DNA of 64,000 nucleotides from NCBI GenBank assembly GCA_032718475.1, contig JAUCBJ010000576.1, positions 1 to 64,000 on the forward strand, read 5' to 3'. Shown piece after piece: positions 1 to 10,475 of the stretch. The first letter of the stretch is position 1. Every line of letters begins with the position of its first letter. A program made the position numbers and the translations under genes. This DNA comes from Nemertoderma westbladi (Eukaryota; Animalia; Xenacoelomorpha). The notes beneath the pieces were generated by a model. It ran no database searches. It saw nothing but the letters and a program-made list of their open reading frames with translations, and was not told the DNA's origin.

Positions 1-296
1 GTGGATGCACCAGGGACCCACCAGAATAACACTCCCAACAACATAAAGCTCAGTCGACGAAGTCATGTGGGATGGGGTTACGCAACATTCTGGGATCTAC
101 AGCTGGACTCGTTACACCGCCTACGCCCCAAAATCCACGCAACGGTCCCACCAGAATAACGCGACTGAGAAACATAAAACCCTCTATCGTCGAAGTCACG
201 TGGATGCACCATGGACCCACCAGAATAACGGGATAGAGGGGGTGTTGCGCGGCAATCCGGGATCTACAGCTGGACTCGTTACACCGCCTACGCCCC
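1..296. repeat. Two interleaved short direct-repeat modules downstream of BEL-1 (probable 3' UTR)
   Basis: gtggatgcaccanggacccaccagaataac at 1-30 and 200-229 (partial at ~145-160); gggatctacagctggactcgttacaccgcctacgcccc at 92-129 and 259-296. Confidence 0.8.
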
Positions 297-592
297 GAAC
301 TGCGCACGCAACGGACAACATAACATACTGCAATGAATACAATGAATTCCACTTCAAATCTTTTCCATTTCCAATAATCCAATATCGTAGGTCCTGATGA
401 CCAAAATCAGGGTAAACAATGCATAAACGACCCTGCGTCAGCCGAAACATCTGCAGGGTGATGCTGGACTCCACATAACACACGAGGAAACACAAATACC
501 ATTGCGTGGTTACAGTTGGTTTAAAGGGGGGTCCATAATTCGTTGTCGATAAATCACAGTTTATAAGAGTTTGTCAACATGATGAGAAGGGT

Positions 593-3500
593 TTAAACAC
601 ATTTGTCATTGTCACCGATGTCTGCAGCAGGATCCGTAGTAGGGAACTTATCACCTCTTGTAGAATCACCACTGTCATTGCCTTCAAGAAGGCACAGCTT
701 CTGGATGGGGCGTTGGTAGTGGCCCGCTTTCGTTCGTATCGTCACAGTCCTCGCAAGTCCGTCTTTGCTTGGGTGTATGGTCACGACCCGCGCCACAGGC
801 CAGTGAACGCGGTCTTTGAGATCTTCTTTAACTAGTACCATGTCGCCAACTGCGACATTCCGGTAGGTGTTGTTCCATTTCCTCCTGGTCCGGAGGGTTA
901 TGAGGTACTCCTGGGCCCAAATTCTCCACCAATGCGCTGCCAACGCTTGGGCCTTTTTCCAGTTTGTATGTTTCGCGATCTCGTTGGGATCCGGGAACAT
1001 GGTTTCCGGGAGAACGTGGGTTTTGGGTCTCCCCAGTAGGTGGTTAGGAGTGAGGGACTCAACTGAGGCGTTCGCCATCCGGGTATTACGGCAGATTAGT
1101 CCGTGCTCTCCCGTTAATGGTGTCAATGTTATCAACGTCATTATTATCATCAACAATCTTATTAGCCACCAAATCATGGGCACGCGCCAATGTCCGTCTT
1201 TGAACGTGGCCTGATCAAAAATGTTGGTACAATATTGATCTTCCTCGGACGGATTCTCGTCCTTCTCGGCAAACTCTCGGGTCTCCACATTAAAGCATCC
1301 GGTCATCTCCCGCTGGGTTCTCTCGGTTTCCAGAAACAAATCCTCGTCAAGATCCGAAGCTGAGCAATAACCCACAGAGGTTACATTCTCTTTAATCTGA
1401 CATTTAGGAAGGTAGGTATAGGTGTCCGTAGTTTCCTCCTTAATGCCGCAGAGTGTCCATCCCATTATTGTTCGTTCAGCATAAAATCCGTCATCCTGGT
1501 TTATAGATCGAGCGATATCTCCGGTGGGGATGTGTAGTTCCGGTGTATCAAGTCCGATCAGTAGGGTGATACGGTTCACGTCCAACTGCGGACACCTCAG
1601 ATCTACATCGTCTCGGTCCAATTGTATGAGGGGGGCGTACTCGGCTGATTGTCGGAACCGCACCCGGAGGTCTGTGTGTACCAAGGCGTTCTTGATGGTT
1701 AACTTAGCCGTTTCGTAGCCCTTCATCACTCCTTCCATCTGGAGTTGCACCTCCCCGGACTCTACCTCTCTGTTATCGGTGATGGTTTGTATGGGCCGTT
1801 TACAAGGTTCATATTCTAGGCCGAGTTGCTCGAGGAAATCCCGGTCGATGATGGTTCCGTCAGACCCGTTATCGAGGAACGCGAGTGTCGTCAAAGATTT
1901 GCCGACTCCTTGGATCCTTACTGGGATTACCTTTGCGAAAACCATGTAGCGGCGATTTATAAGATTAATCGTGGCCGAAATATTGGTTACTTGTGGTGTA
2001 TCGGTGGAGATCTTAAACGGGTTGGTTTCTCTCCGTTGGGTTGTCCGGGTTCCTTTGAAGATGTGGTTTGTTTCTCCTCTTCGCCTGGCTTCGATCCGAA
2101 AGGGGAGGGTAGTAAAATCGAAGTTCGCGGGGATGTGGAGGAGCGTGTGATGGCGTTGGTCGTTACAGACAGTACAGCATGATCTTTGGTCGCACTCCCG
2201 AACATAGTGACCTGTTCCAAGACACCGGAAGCATCCTCGGTGTTTCATTATCGCCTCGAAGCGTGGGACGAGTTCGGCGAACTGAAACTTTCTGCAGAAT
2301 TCCACTTTGTGTTTCTCCCCACAGAAGAGACATATAGGGGAGGCTGTGGTGCCTTCCCTTTCGGGTGCCCAATTCGCTAGGTAGCATGCCCATTCTTCTG
2401 CTAAGGTCGGTTCCTCGTAATCCTCGTCATCCGAGTCCTCAGCCATACTGATGGCCATCGCACTCACAGGAGTAGGGCGGAATCTTGGGTTTGGAGTGGG
2501 TGCCCTGCTCTGGTAATTGCTCTCCATTGCGTCCAACTTGGCGAGACTTTGTTTCGAGAACATCGAGTCATTCATGGCTTCGGAGATATCGTCCAGGAAT
2601 GCCGACATTTCGAGGAAGCTGGGATCTTGATCTGGATGTCTGCGCCGGAGATCTACGCATTTATAGGCCCACTTACTTTGCAGCCATCCGGGGAACTTCC
2701 GGGCGATCTGTCGGAGGTTTAGAATGTTGTTCACCTGGTCCTCCTTATTTAAGGGTTTCAGAGTATAATAGGCATCTTTCATAGAGTCGGAGAATTCCTG
2801 TATGTTCTGTGGGTCCCCTAGTGATCCCGCATCCTGTATCAGTCTCTCTAGAGTTTTATTAATTATAGTTCCGGTATTTCCGTATCTTTTGTCTAGAGTT
2901 TTCCATGCGTCATAGTATGCCTCATGAGAACCTCCTTCAAAACATGCAACAATTCTGCGTGGTTTGTCACCCAGGTATTGCGATAAATATACCAATTTCT
3001 GTGCGTCGGCTATGTCCGTTGATCCAATCTGCGCAAAGAACCGTTTCTTGAATCTGAGGTAATCGACGGGATCTCCTTCGAAGGTGCGAATCTCCATCTT
3101 CGGCATGGCAAGGCGGTTCTCCAACGCCCGGATGATGCTGACGTCGTCTGAACTGGAGTGACTCGGAGGGTTATAGTTATTGGCACTCACTCCCATACTT
3201 GATGGATCAATGATAGGCGGAGTTTTAATAATGACGCGGCTGCGAGTTTGTGGTGTTGATGTAAATGGGTTGTTTGATCGGGGAGTGGCGTCCCGTTCCG
3301 AGTCCTTTTCAGGCTCGTACTTGGGTACACTCGCTGTCGTGGTGTTGGATGGGAAATAGGGTTCCTCATTCTTTAACGTAGCCGGTGGGGGATGGAACAC
3401 CGGGGCTTGTGCCGATAGCGTAGACTGTTTGGTAGGCGGGATCTCGAGTTTCGGAGGTTTCGTCGCTGTTGGTGTAAATGACTTTTCTAACTCCGGTATC

Positions 3501-4489
3501 GGAATTGGTTCATATTCCTGATCTATATCCCTTTCCCAGTCCTCGTAGAGTTGAATATCTCGTTCTATAAGTGCGGCCTCGTATTCCGCCAGTTTCGCAA
3601 TATCTGCATTCTTTTTGTGAGTGAGAATCGCTTGGGCCTCGGCGTGTTGTTTACGCATTTCTGCTTCCCATTTACGTTGTTCGATCTCTTGTTTGGCCTC
3701 TCGTTCATGTTGTTCGATCTCTCGTTTGGCCTCTCGTTCACGTTGTTCGATCTCTCGTTGGGCCTCTTGTTCACGCTGTTCGATCTCCTGTCTGACCTCC
3801 TGTCTGCGTTGTTCGACCCGTCGTTCGACCTCTTGTTCGGCCTCTCGCTTTTGTGTTTCGGCGGCTAATACATCTTGCTCGGCTTGCAGTTGAATATACT
3901 CATCTTCCATCCGAGCTTTGAGGGCTAATGCCTTCCGTTCTCGCAGTTGGTCTCGGAGTGGCTGACCCCCTTGAGAGCTATGCGCTGAGCCGGATCTCTC
4001 GCTCCTAGCGCTGGAGTGCTGATTTCTAGCGGACCCCGTTCTTTTTCGATGTACTGCCGTCCTGATGCTGGAGGATCGTACTGATTCCGCGTCTGTTCTT
4101 TCAGCCCTCTTGTAGTACTGTTCCTCATAGCCTCTCACAAGGCTGAGGGTCCTCCGGTGTTGTTTGCGGAACCCATCTAGATGTACAACGTGTTCTTCCA
4201 ACTTGGGGTAGTTTTCCTGATCGGTGGAGGGAACGAGATCTTGGTACGCCTGTATCATTCTTTCGTACCGCTGTAGGATATTTCGGATACTTTGAAGCTG
4301 AGTTTGTACCTCATTGAGGGGGGTTTTGACTCCCTTGAGTTGTTTCTCCATCCGTTGATACGCTCGGGTTACTCCGCCTTTAAGGGCCCCTAACCGACGG
4401 GTCATGTTCTTGACGTTTGGTACCTCGTCGGTTTCCGAGTCTGTGTGGTGATCCATCTCGTCGGTATCGGATACGTTATTTGTTGTCAT
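593..4489 (-). CDS. BEL/Pao element 1: Gag-protease fused in frame to the integrase C-terminal domain; RT, RNase H and integrase core absent
   Basis: 1298-aa ORF: coiled-coil N-terminus, BEL capsid-like region (FEGDPVDYLRF...KLVYLSQYL), three BEL zinc knuckles (CLFCGEKHKVEFC, CFRCLGTGHYVREC, CTVCNDQRHHTLLH), protease FLDNGS, start of RT region (DGHWRVPMIW), then after a short linker LTPNHLLG...WWRIWAQEYL...GDMVLV...RPIQKLCLLE; no YVDD. Confidence 0.9.
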   Translation of the reverse strand: MTTNNVSDTDEMDHHTDSETDEVPNVKNMTRRLGALKGGVTRAYQRMEKQLKGVKTPLNEVQTQLQSIRNILQRYERMIQAYQDLVPSTDQENYPKLEEHVVHLDGFRKQHRRTLSLVRGYEEQYYKRAERTDAESVRSSSIRTAVHRKRTGSARNQHSSARSERSGSAHSSQGGQPLRDQLRERKALALKARMEDEYIQLQAEQDVLAAETQKREAEQEVERRVEQRRQEVRQEIEQREQEAQREIEQREREAKREIEQHEREAKQEIEQRKWEAEMRKQHAEAQAILTHKKNADIAKLAEYEAALIERDIQLYEDWERDIDQEYEPIPIPELEKSFTPTATKPPKLEIPPTKQSTLSAQAPVFHPPPATLKNEEPYFPSNTTTASVPKYEPEKDSERDATPRSNNPFTSTPQTRSRVIIKTPPIIDPSSMGVSANNYNPPSHSSSDDVSIIRALENRLAMPKMEIRTFEGDPVDYLRFKKRFFAQIGSTDIADAQKLVYLSQYLGDKPRRIVACFEGGSHEAYYDAWKTLDKRYGNTGTIINKTLERLIQDAGSLGDPQNIQEFSDSMKDAYYTLKPLNKEDQVNNILNLRQIARKFPGWLQSKWAYKCVDLRRRHPDQDPSFLEMSAFLDDISEAMNDSMFSKQSLAKLDAMESNYQSRAPTPNPRFRPTPVSAMAISMAEDSDDEDYEEPTLAEEWACYLANWAPEREGTTASPICLFCGEKHKVEFCRKFQFAELVPRFEAIMKHRGCFRCLGTGHYVRECDQRSCCTVCNDQRHHTLLHIPANFDFTTLPFRIEARRRGETNHIFKGTRTTQRRETNPFKISTDTPQVTNISATINLINRRYMVFAKVIPVRIQGVGKSLTTLAFLDNGSDGTIIDRDFLEQLGLEYEPCKRPIQTITDNREVESGEVQLQMEGVMKGYETAKLTIKNALVHTDLRVRFRQSAEYAPLIQLDRDDVDLRCPQLDVNRITLLIGLDTPELHIPTGDIARSINQDDGFYAERTIMGWTLCGIKEETTDTYTYLPKCQIKENVTSVGYCSASDLDEDLFLETERTQREMTGCFNVETREFAEKDENPSEEDQYCTNIFDQATFKDGHWRVPMIWWLIRLLMIIMTLITLTPLTGEHGLICRNTRMANASVESLTPNHLLGRPKTHVLPETMFPDPNEIAKHTNWKKAQALAAHWWRIWAQEYLITLRTRRKWNNTYRNVAVGDMVLVKEDLKDRVHWPVARVVTIHPSKDGLARTVTIRTKAGHYQRPIQKLCLLEGNDSGDSTRGDKFPTTDPAADIGDNDKCV

Positions 4490-4677
4490 TGTAACGCCTC
4501 GTCGATGGCTAGATACGCGATGTCGTAAAACAGTTCCTCGTAGGTATTATATTCAGCTTGGACCACCCGAACAGTAATCCTGAATCGTCCAACGTTCGTT
4601 CCTTGCACCTCAACTTCGACGTGCCAGATTCCTGGCTCAACTTGAATTATATCAATGGGTGTGATCGATACTTCCAT
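4486..4677 (-). CDS. 63-aa upstream ORF overlapping the BEL-1 gag start by ATGA
   Basis: ATG-initiated ORF whose TGA (4488-4486) overlaps the gag ATG (4489-4487); beta-strand-like then helix-like composition; no recognised homologue. Confidence 0.4.
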   Translation of the reverse strand: MEVSITPIDIIQVEPGIWHVEVEVQGTNVGRFRITVRVVQAEYNTYEELFYDIAYLAIDEALQ

Positions 4678-4861
4678 TCCCTGTTAACAACTCTCCAAAT
4701 ATGTGATCTGCCAACTACGAGTTGGTTAGATCGAGTTTGCTGATTAATTAAACCACGACTTTGTCTCAACTCAAATACCAGAGTTTCCTCGTAGTGGGTG
4801 CTGGCAAGCACGTAGAGAGTTTTTGAAGAGTATTGAAGGATTCTCAACTTCCACCAGTTGA

Positions 4862-4975
4862 AGTTGACCGTAATTATTCTTAATTTTGACACCGTGTCAA
4901 AATTAACCGCATTAATTATTCTTAATTTTGACACCCTGTCAAAATTAACCACGTGAATTATTCTTAATTTTGTTG
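4862..4975. repeat. ~42-bp tandem repeat x3 with internal palindrome
   Basis: aattattcttaattttgacaccgtgtcaaaattaaccgc repeated; ttaattttgaca-ccg-tgtcaaaattaa is an inverted repeat. Confidence 0.8.
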
Positions 4976-5378
4976 CCGTTATCCCTACACCAGGGGGAAA
5001 AACGCCGATGCTGGAGACGTGACTTAACAGACCACCGAGCCCCGGCCAGTCACCGGATATTGATTGTGGGGAGGGAATATTTTCTGAGATGCAAGTTTGC
5101 GGTTGATAAAAAGCTGCATTAGTTGGATATACTCTTTAATGTAACTTCCTATAGTTGAAACCTGTTCAACATCATTGAAACCTGATTAAGAATAATTTTG
5201 GGCTTCCCCAAATCAATATACACCAAATATTCACAATAATTATACACGATAATATAAATCCCTACGGTATATTATTTAATTACCCACTGTTCGCTCAGAA
5301 TTTTAGCCTACCTAATGTTCCCCAGATTTTCCCTCGGTCCCAGTCTTAGTGCCGTAGTGTCGGTGTCGGTCGACCCTG

Positions 5379-6175
5379 TCGCGTGTCCGTTCCACCCCTC
5401 ATGAACCCCGAAGGGAACGATCATCGAGAACCAGCACGGCTTGGCTAAGGGTCGGTCCAGTCGGTAGACTCTGTCGCGTATCCGTACCACCCCTCTCGAA
5501 CCCCGAAGGGTTCGGTCATCGAGAACCAGAACGGCTTGGCTAGGGGTCCGTGGTTCGTCACAGAAACCCAACCACCTAGGCTTTTCGAGTCCCTTTCAGG
5601 CTCGTAGTCGCTTCGGCAGCCGAGAAACTGCTCCGAACAGTCGGTAGGCCAGTAGAGTCTAGTCGAGTCTAGTCCTTTGTCTTTCGACCCCATCGCGTGT
5701 CCGTTCCACCCCTCACGAACCCCGAAGGGAACGATCATCGAGAACCAGTACGGCTTGGCTAAGGGGTCTGTCGTCGGTTCCCGTCGCAAATCCCAGTACA
5801 AGCAGTCAGCGTTCCGAGTTCTTTTCAGTCTCGTAGTAGCTGCCGTTGACCAGAGACCGCTAAGGGCAGTTCTCGTCAAACCCGTCCTGTGGCCAGCCCT
5901 TTCGCATGTCCGTCCCACCCCTCACGAACCCCGAAGGGATCGGTCATCGAGAACCAGTACGGCTTAGGTCAGGGGGCAGTCGTTAGTTGACCACCCGTTC
6001 GCGTGTCCGCTCCACCCCTCACGAACCCCGGGGTTCGATCATCGAGAACCAGAACGGCTTGGCTACTAAGGGGCCGTCGGTGCCCGTCGCAAATCCCTGA
6101 CACAAGCAGTCAGCGGTCCGAGTTCTTTTCAGTCTCGTAATGGCTGCTGTTGGCCAGGGACCGCTAAGGGCAGTC
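5379..6175. repeat. Array of five ~73-bp repeats with unequal spacers in the probable BEL-1 5' leader
   Basis: tcgcgtgtccgttccacccctcacgaaccccgaagggaacgatcatcgagaaccagtacggcttggctaagggg at ~5379, 5474, 5693, 5902, 5999; spacer ~5772-5870 recurs at ~6077-6173. Confidence 0.85.
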
Positions 6176-6458
6176 CTTGTCCTTTAGGCCTGGCGCATTA
6201 CCAAATCCACCCCTACAGGCAGCAGGAAGTTGGCCAGGGCCTAATAGTACTCAGGCTAACCTGAATACTGCTTGCATTTTCCATCCCCCCTGGCCCTTAT
6301 AACTATGAAATTATTCCCGTACCCTGTAAGTTGCCCCAAAGTTCGCCCATAAATCGCCCCCAGTTTATTGAATGTGCCCATGGTCCCGCACCCAGTAGTA
6401 ATATCGGAATAATCAATTTTAATAAAATACAAAAATATTCAACTCGCGTTATGGAAAG

Positions 6459-9400
6459 TTGAAATACCGCGAACACAACACGATTTTCCTTTCCCTCAAT
6501 GCCTGTATCGGACTCAACATTGTCCACCCCGATTTCCCCATACCACTACATCAAGTAGCCTCTATCGACGGAGAGGCACGCCTTAGGGTTAGTCGCGAGA
6601 TCAACACTCTACAGGACGATAACATAGAGGACGTCGCGACCTCACACCAAACTAGTGCAGTGGAAACATATCACAGCCGGGAGAAAGAATCAATAATACA
6701 GGAATATCATGACGTTTTCGATTGCAAGGGGCCCCTTAAAATTATGGTAGGCCCCCCCATGAAAATCGAACTCAAAGATGGAGCAACACCATTCTGCCTA
6801 AATGCGCCACGTGCCATTCCCATCCCGTATCGTGAGAAAGCAAGACTGGAGATTGAGGAAATGCTAAAAAAGGGCATAATCGAGCGTATCGGGGATAGAC
6901 CCGTGGCGTGGAGCCACCCTATTGTGGTTTGCGGTAAACCAGGGCGCCCAGGGGATATCCGAATGACAGTAGACCTGACCAAACTATACAGTCAGGTCAA
7001 GCGGACCATCCACACCGCACCGCCACCCCACAATCTTGTATTTGACAGATCCCCTGGAGCGAAAATTTTCAGTGTCCTAGATGCAAAATCAGGATACTGG
7101 CAGGTCGCACTTGATGAAGAGTCGCGCGATTTTACGACTTTCATTACGCCTTGGGGCCGATACCGCTATTGCCGGGCTCCCATGGGCTTCATCAGCTCCG
7201 GCGATAGCTACAACTACCGTGGAGATCTCGCACTCAATGGGCTGGACCGAGTTAAAAAGATAGTCGATGATGTTCTCGTGGAAGATACCGACATCGACAC
7301 CCACCGCACACACATCCGGGAGGTTCTAAACCGTTGTCGTGACAACGGTATCACCTTAAATCCAAATAAATTCCAGTATGCCCAATCGAGCGTTCGCTTC
7401 GCCGGATACATACTCAGTGGCGAGGGAGTAGCAGCAGACCCAAATAAAGTCCGCGCTATCGGGGAATACCCCACGCCGCAGAATATCACCGACCTTAGAA
7501 GCTTCATGGGGTTGGTGAACCAGTTGGGTTATTTTTTGAGTGGGATCTCAACCACTGCATCTCCCCTGCGCGACCTACTACGAGCTCGCAACACTTTTAT
7601 ATGGACTCCAAACCACGAGGATGCCTTCAACGCGACCAAGGCGGCGCTCGTGAGCCCTCCAATTCTAGCACCGTTCGACGCCAGCCTTACAACGCGTCTT
7701 GAAACGGATGCGAGTCGCCTCCATGGGCTGGGATACGACTTACTCCAGCAACACGGCGAGGATTGGAGACTTGTGGCTTGCGGAAGCCGTTTCCTCACGG
7801 ACCCGGAGAGCCGTTACGCCACCATTGAATTGGAATGTATCGCAATTAAATATGCGATAACAAAGTGTCGCATTTACTTGGCCGGTCTGCCGACATTTTC
7901 CGTGGTCACGGACCACCGGCCACTATTAGCGATTTTTAACTCTTATAACCTGGACCAGGTTGAAAATAAAAAAATACAGAAACTGAAAGCAGACTTACAG
8001 TCAACCTACCAGTTCACCCTTGCCTGGCAGAAGGGCAAGCGCCACCGGATTGCTGACGCACTCAGCCGGGCACCCCTTGATCCCGCACCGGGTGACCCAG
8101 ACGAAGAGACGCCTTTACTCATAGCGGAGATTTCAGAGACACTCTGTTTCGAAGAACAGGACTGTCCCACGGCGGCCAAAGATATACACGCCAATCCACC
8201 CGCGCCGGACTCGCGCGATGAACTCATCGAGGAGTTGCGACTCGCCGCGCGAATAGACCCGGACTACATTAAACTGGTGGAGTGTGTGAGAGCAGGAGAC
8301 CTCACCACCCTTACGTCGATATCCGCGCTAACCCCGTACCGATCCATCATCGACCAGTTATCCATTTATTTCGACTTGGTTTTATACGGTGACAGGCTGG
8401 TCGTACCAGCCGCCTGCCGCGATGACACCCTTCGTCGCCTACACGCACCCCACTTGGGCGTCACTCGGACTAAACAACGGGCGCGCAGCACAGTATACTG
8501 GCCGGGTATTAACGGCGACATCGAACGAGTTGTTGAACAGTGCGATGCGTGCCAGGGTCTACTCCCTAGTCTACCTAAAGAGACCCTGATGGCAGACCCC
8601 ATCCCTACGCGTCCATTCGAATCCGCATCCTCAGATTTATTTACCCTAGCGGGTAAACATTTCCTCGTATACGCGGACAGGTTATCCGGTTACCCACTAG
8701 TAACCGAATGGCGTAACGATCCGTCGGCACAGCAGTGTGTTAACACACTACGGCAATATTTCGTGGACCTTGGAGTCCCAAACATCTTACGCACGGATGG
8801 TGGCCCACAATACGCCGCCGAGGTATCCCAGAAATTCCTTAAAGAATGGGGTGTACGCTGGGAGCCAAGCACCCCACATTTCCCAAGCAGTAATGGCCAT
8901 GCGGAGGCCAGTGTAAAGCAAATAAAAATGCTGCTGAGAAAGGTGCGGATCCCAGACGTGCGCTCCGAGGAGTTTCAGCGAGGGCTACTCGAGCTCCGGA
9001 ACACGCCTCGTTCTAACGGGCGATCCCCAAACGAGACCGTTTTCGGACGTCGCTTGCGGGCTACACTCCCCGCTCACCACTCCCACTACAAACAGCAGTG
9101 GCAGTCAGCAGCAGATGCTGCAGACCAACGCGCAGCGACCCAGCGTAGCACCGCCATAGCGCGTTACAACCACACCGCACATGATCTCCCACCTATCAAA
9201 GTTGGGGAGGCTGTACGAGTACAAGACTCCAAATCAAAGCAATGGACCCATATAGGCGTCGTTGTTGAGGCTGGCCGACGACGTGATTACAGAGTGAAGC
9301 TAGAATCGGGCCGAATCTGGTGGCGAAACCGCCGTTTCCTACGCCACCACCATTCCCAACCGCCAGGAGGTGCTCCCGAACCACCTGCGGCGAAGAAACC

Positions 9401-9500
9401 TAAGGTCGAACCTAAACCGGCTACCCGCGCTGCTTACCCCATGCGTCCGAGCACACTAGCCCAGCGCAGGGTGCACTGGGACCTTCCCGATCGAAACTGA
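6459..9500 (+). CDS. pol: Gypsy/Ty3 LTR retrotransposon Pol (RT-RNase H-integrase), 5'-truncated with gag and most of the protease missing
   Basis: RT motifs IRMTVDLTKL, LDAKSGYWQV, APMG, IVDD; RNase H ETDAS...YATIELE...TDHRPL...ADALSR; integrase H..H..C..C, SDLF, RTDGGPQY, SNGHAE; order RT-RH-IN. Confidence 0.95.
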   Translation: MKYREHNTIFLSLNACIGLNIVHPDFPIPLHQVASIDGEARLRVSREINTLQDDNIEDVATSHQTSAVETYHSREKESIIQEYHDVFDCKGPLKIMVGPPMKIELKDGATPFCLNAPRAIPIPYREKARLEIEEMLKKGIIERIGDRPVAWSHPIVVCGKPGRPGDIRMTVDLTKLYSQVKRTIHTAPPPHNLVFDRSPGAKIFSVLDAKSGYWQVALDEESRDFTTFITPWGRYRYCRAPMGFISSGDSYNYRGDLALNGLDRVKKIVDDVLVEDTDIDTHRTHIREVLNRCRDNGITLNPNKFQYAQSSVRFAGYILSGEGVAADPNKVRAIGEYPTPQNITDLRSFMGLVNQLGYFLSGISTTASPLRDLLRARNTFIWTPNHEDAFNATKAALVSPPILAPFDASLTTRLETDASRLHGLGYDLLQQHGEDWRLVACGSRFLTDPESRYATIELECIAIKYAITKCRIYLAGLPTFSVVTDHRPLLAIFNSYNLDQVENKKIQKLKADLQSTYQFTLAWQKGKRHRIADALSRAPLDPAPGDPDEETPLLIAEISETLCFEEQDCPTAAKDIHANPPAPDSRDELIEELRLAARIDPDYIKLVECVRAGDLTTLTSISALTPYRSIIDQLSIYFDLVLYGDRLVVPAACRDDTLRRLHAPHLGVTRTKQRARSTVYWPGINGDIERVVEQCDACQGLLPSLPKETLMADPIPTRPFESASSDLFTLAGKHFLVYADRLSGYPLVTEWRNDPSAQQCVNTLRQYFVDLGVPNILRTDGGPQYAAEVSQKFLKEWGVRWEPSTPHFPSSNGHAEASVKQIKMLLRKVRIPDVRSEEFQRGLLELRNTPRSNGRSPNETVFGRRLRATLPAHHSHYKQQWQSAADAADQRAATQRSTAIARYNHTAHDLPPIKVGEAVRVQDSKSKQWTHIGVVVEAGRRRDYRVKLESGRIWWRNRRFLRHHHSQPPGGAPEPPAAKKPKVEPKPATRAAYPMRPSTLAQRRVHWDLPDRN

Positions 9501-9516
9501 AAGTAATTTCGATCGC

Positions 9517-9746
9517 AGAGGAAAGGGGGATGGAGTATCCCGGACATTATCTACCACCATTACTTATTATATTATAATTGGTGTTAATCGGTGTATTGGT
9601 GTTGGGTTGTTATTTTATATGATATAACCTACGCGTAGCTACTATAACAATCTACGTGTAGCTGCTAGAATACCTATATAGGGTACTGACTCTTGTACAT
9701 TAAAACATTGCTGCATGGTGCAGTTGTGCCCTATACAGCCATAACA
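9517..9746 (+). mobile_element. Gypsy polypurine tract (9517-9530) and probable 3' LTR (9531 to ~9746)
   Basis: agaggaaaggggga immediately followed by TG; attaaa near 9699; candidate CA end at 9746; no second LTR available to confirm the right end. Confidence 0.6.
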
Positions 9747-9899
9747 GTACTGCAGCATACAGCTGCAGTACCGGTATGCTTTACCAATATTACATTATTA
9801 CAATCTACACACTGGCGTTCTTTTTACTCTTAATATTATTATGTAAAGTTAAGAACGATACACTTACAGTAGGGATGGATAGCTCTGGTGAGTGATGCT

Positions 9900-10080
9900 A
9901 ATTTCTCTAAATAAATCATATAGATATAAAGCTTAATTAAAGAAATGTGTGAAAGAACCCCTCCTTGTCGGACACCACATTTGAGTTGGATAGGATCTTT
10001 ACTCACCCAGCAGAAGCCAGGTTCAGATTGTACCTCTAAAGTGTCTTGCTTAGAATGAAAAAATACAGGCACTGTATCCA
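9900..10080 (-). pseudogene. Degenerate non-LTR retrotransposon RT fragment
   Basis: Translation contains PIQLKCGVRQGGVLS, the LINE RT GVxQG motif. Confidence 0.65.
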
Positions 10081-10475
10081 TGTGACACTATGAGCTATAA
10101 AAATATAAGCGTGCTTTATGAAAATATAAATTACTAAATTAATTACGTGTTTTTTCTTCTAAAGCACACATTTCCTTTTGTGTTTCTGATATGCCTTCTT
10201 CCTTTTCGTCTATTCCCTCACATCCACACTAAAATATAAACAATGGAAAGAAAATCAAAATAACGCAGAACTATAAAAAATAACAAAACAATCTCGTTGT
10301 GAGGTAAATAAAGCTTTATATCATGCACAAACTGGTCCCCTCGCCAAAAGTCCTACATACATGTCCATATGTCATTCAAGATGAAGGCGGCTCTGTTGAA
10401 GTGTCTAGATTAGATGGAATAAGTACTGGTTGGTGATGTGTTCATACTCAGAAGAGAAGAGAGATTTAACCATAT

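Noticed and set aside
5379-6175. CRISPR-like repeat-spacer appearance
   Set aside because: Repeats are ~73 bp and degenerate, spacers are very unequal and one is duplicated, no cas genes, eukaryotic TE context
6187-6203. Minus-strand TGGTAATGCGCCAGG as the BEL-1 tRNA primer site
   Set aside because: No adjacent LTR end identifiable and no tRNA match recognised
9488-9515. 9-bp-stem hairpin around the Gypsy pol stop codon
   Set aside because: Real inverted repeat, but a single copy with no evidence of function; not a bacterial terminator in this context
10320-10470. Third exon of the PAN gene
   Set aside because: Several possible acceptors give only short uninformative peptides; cannot choose without transcripts
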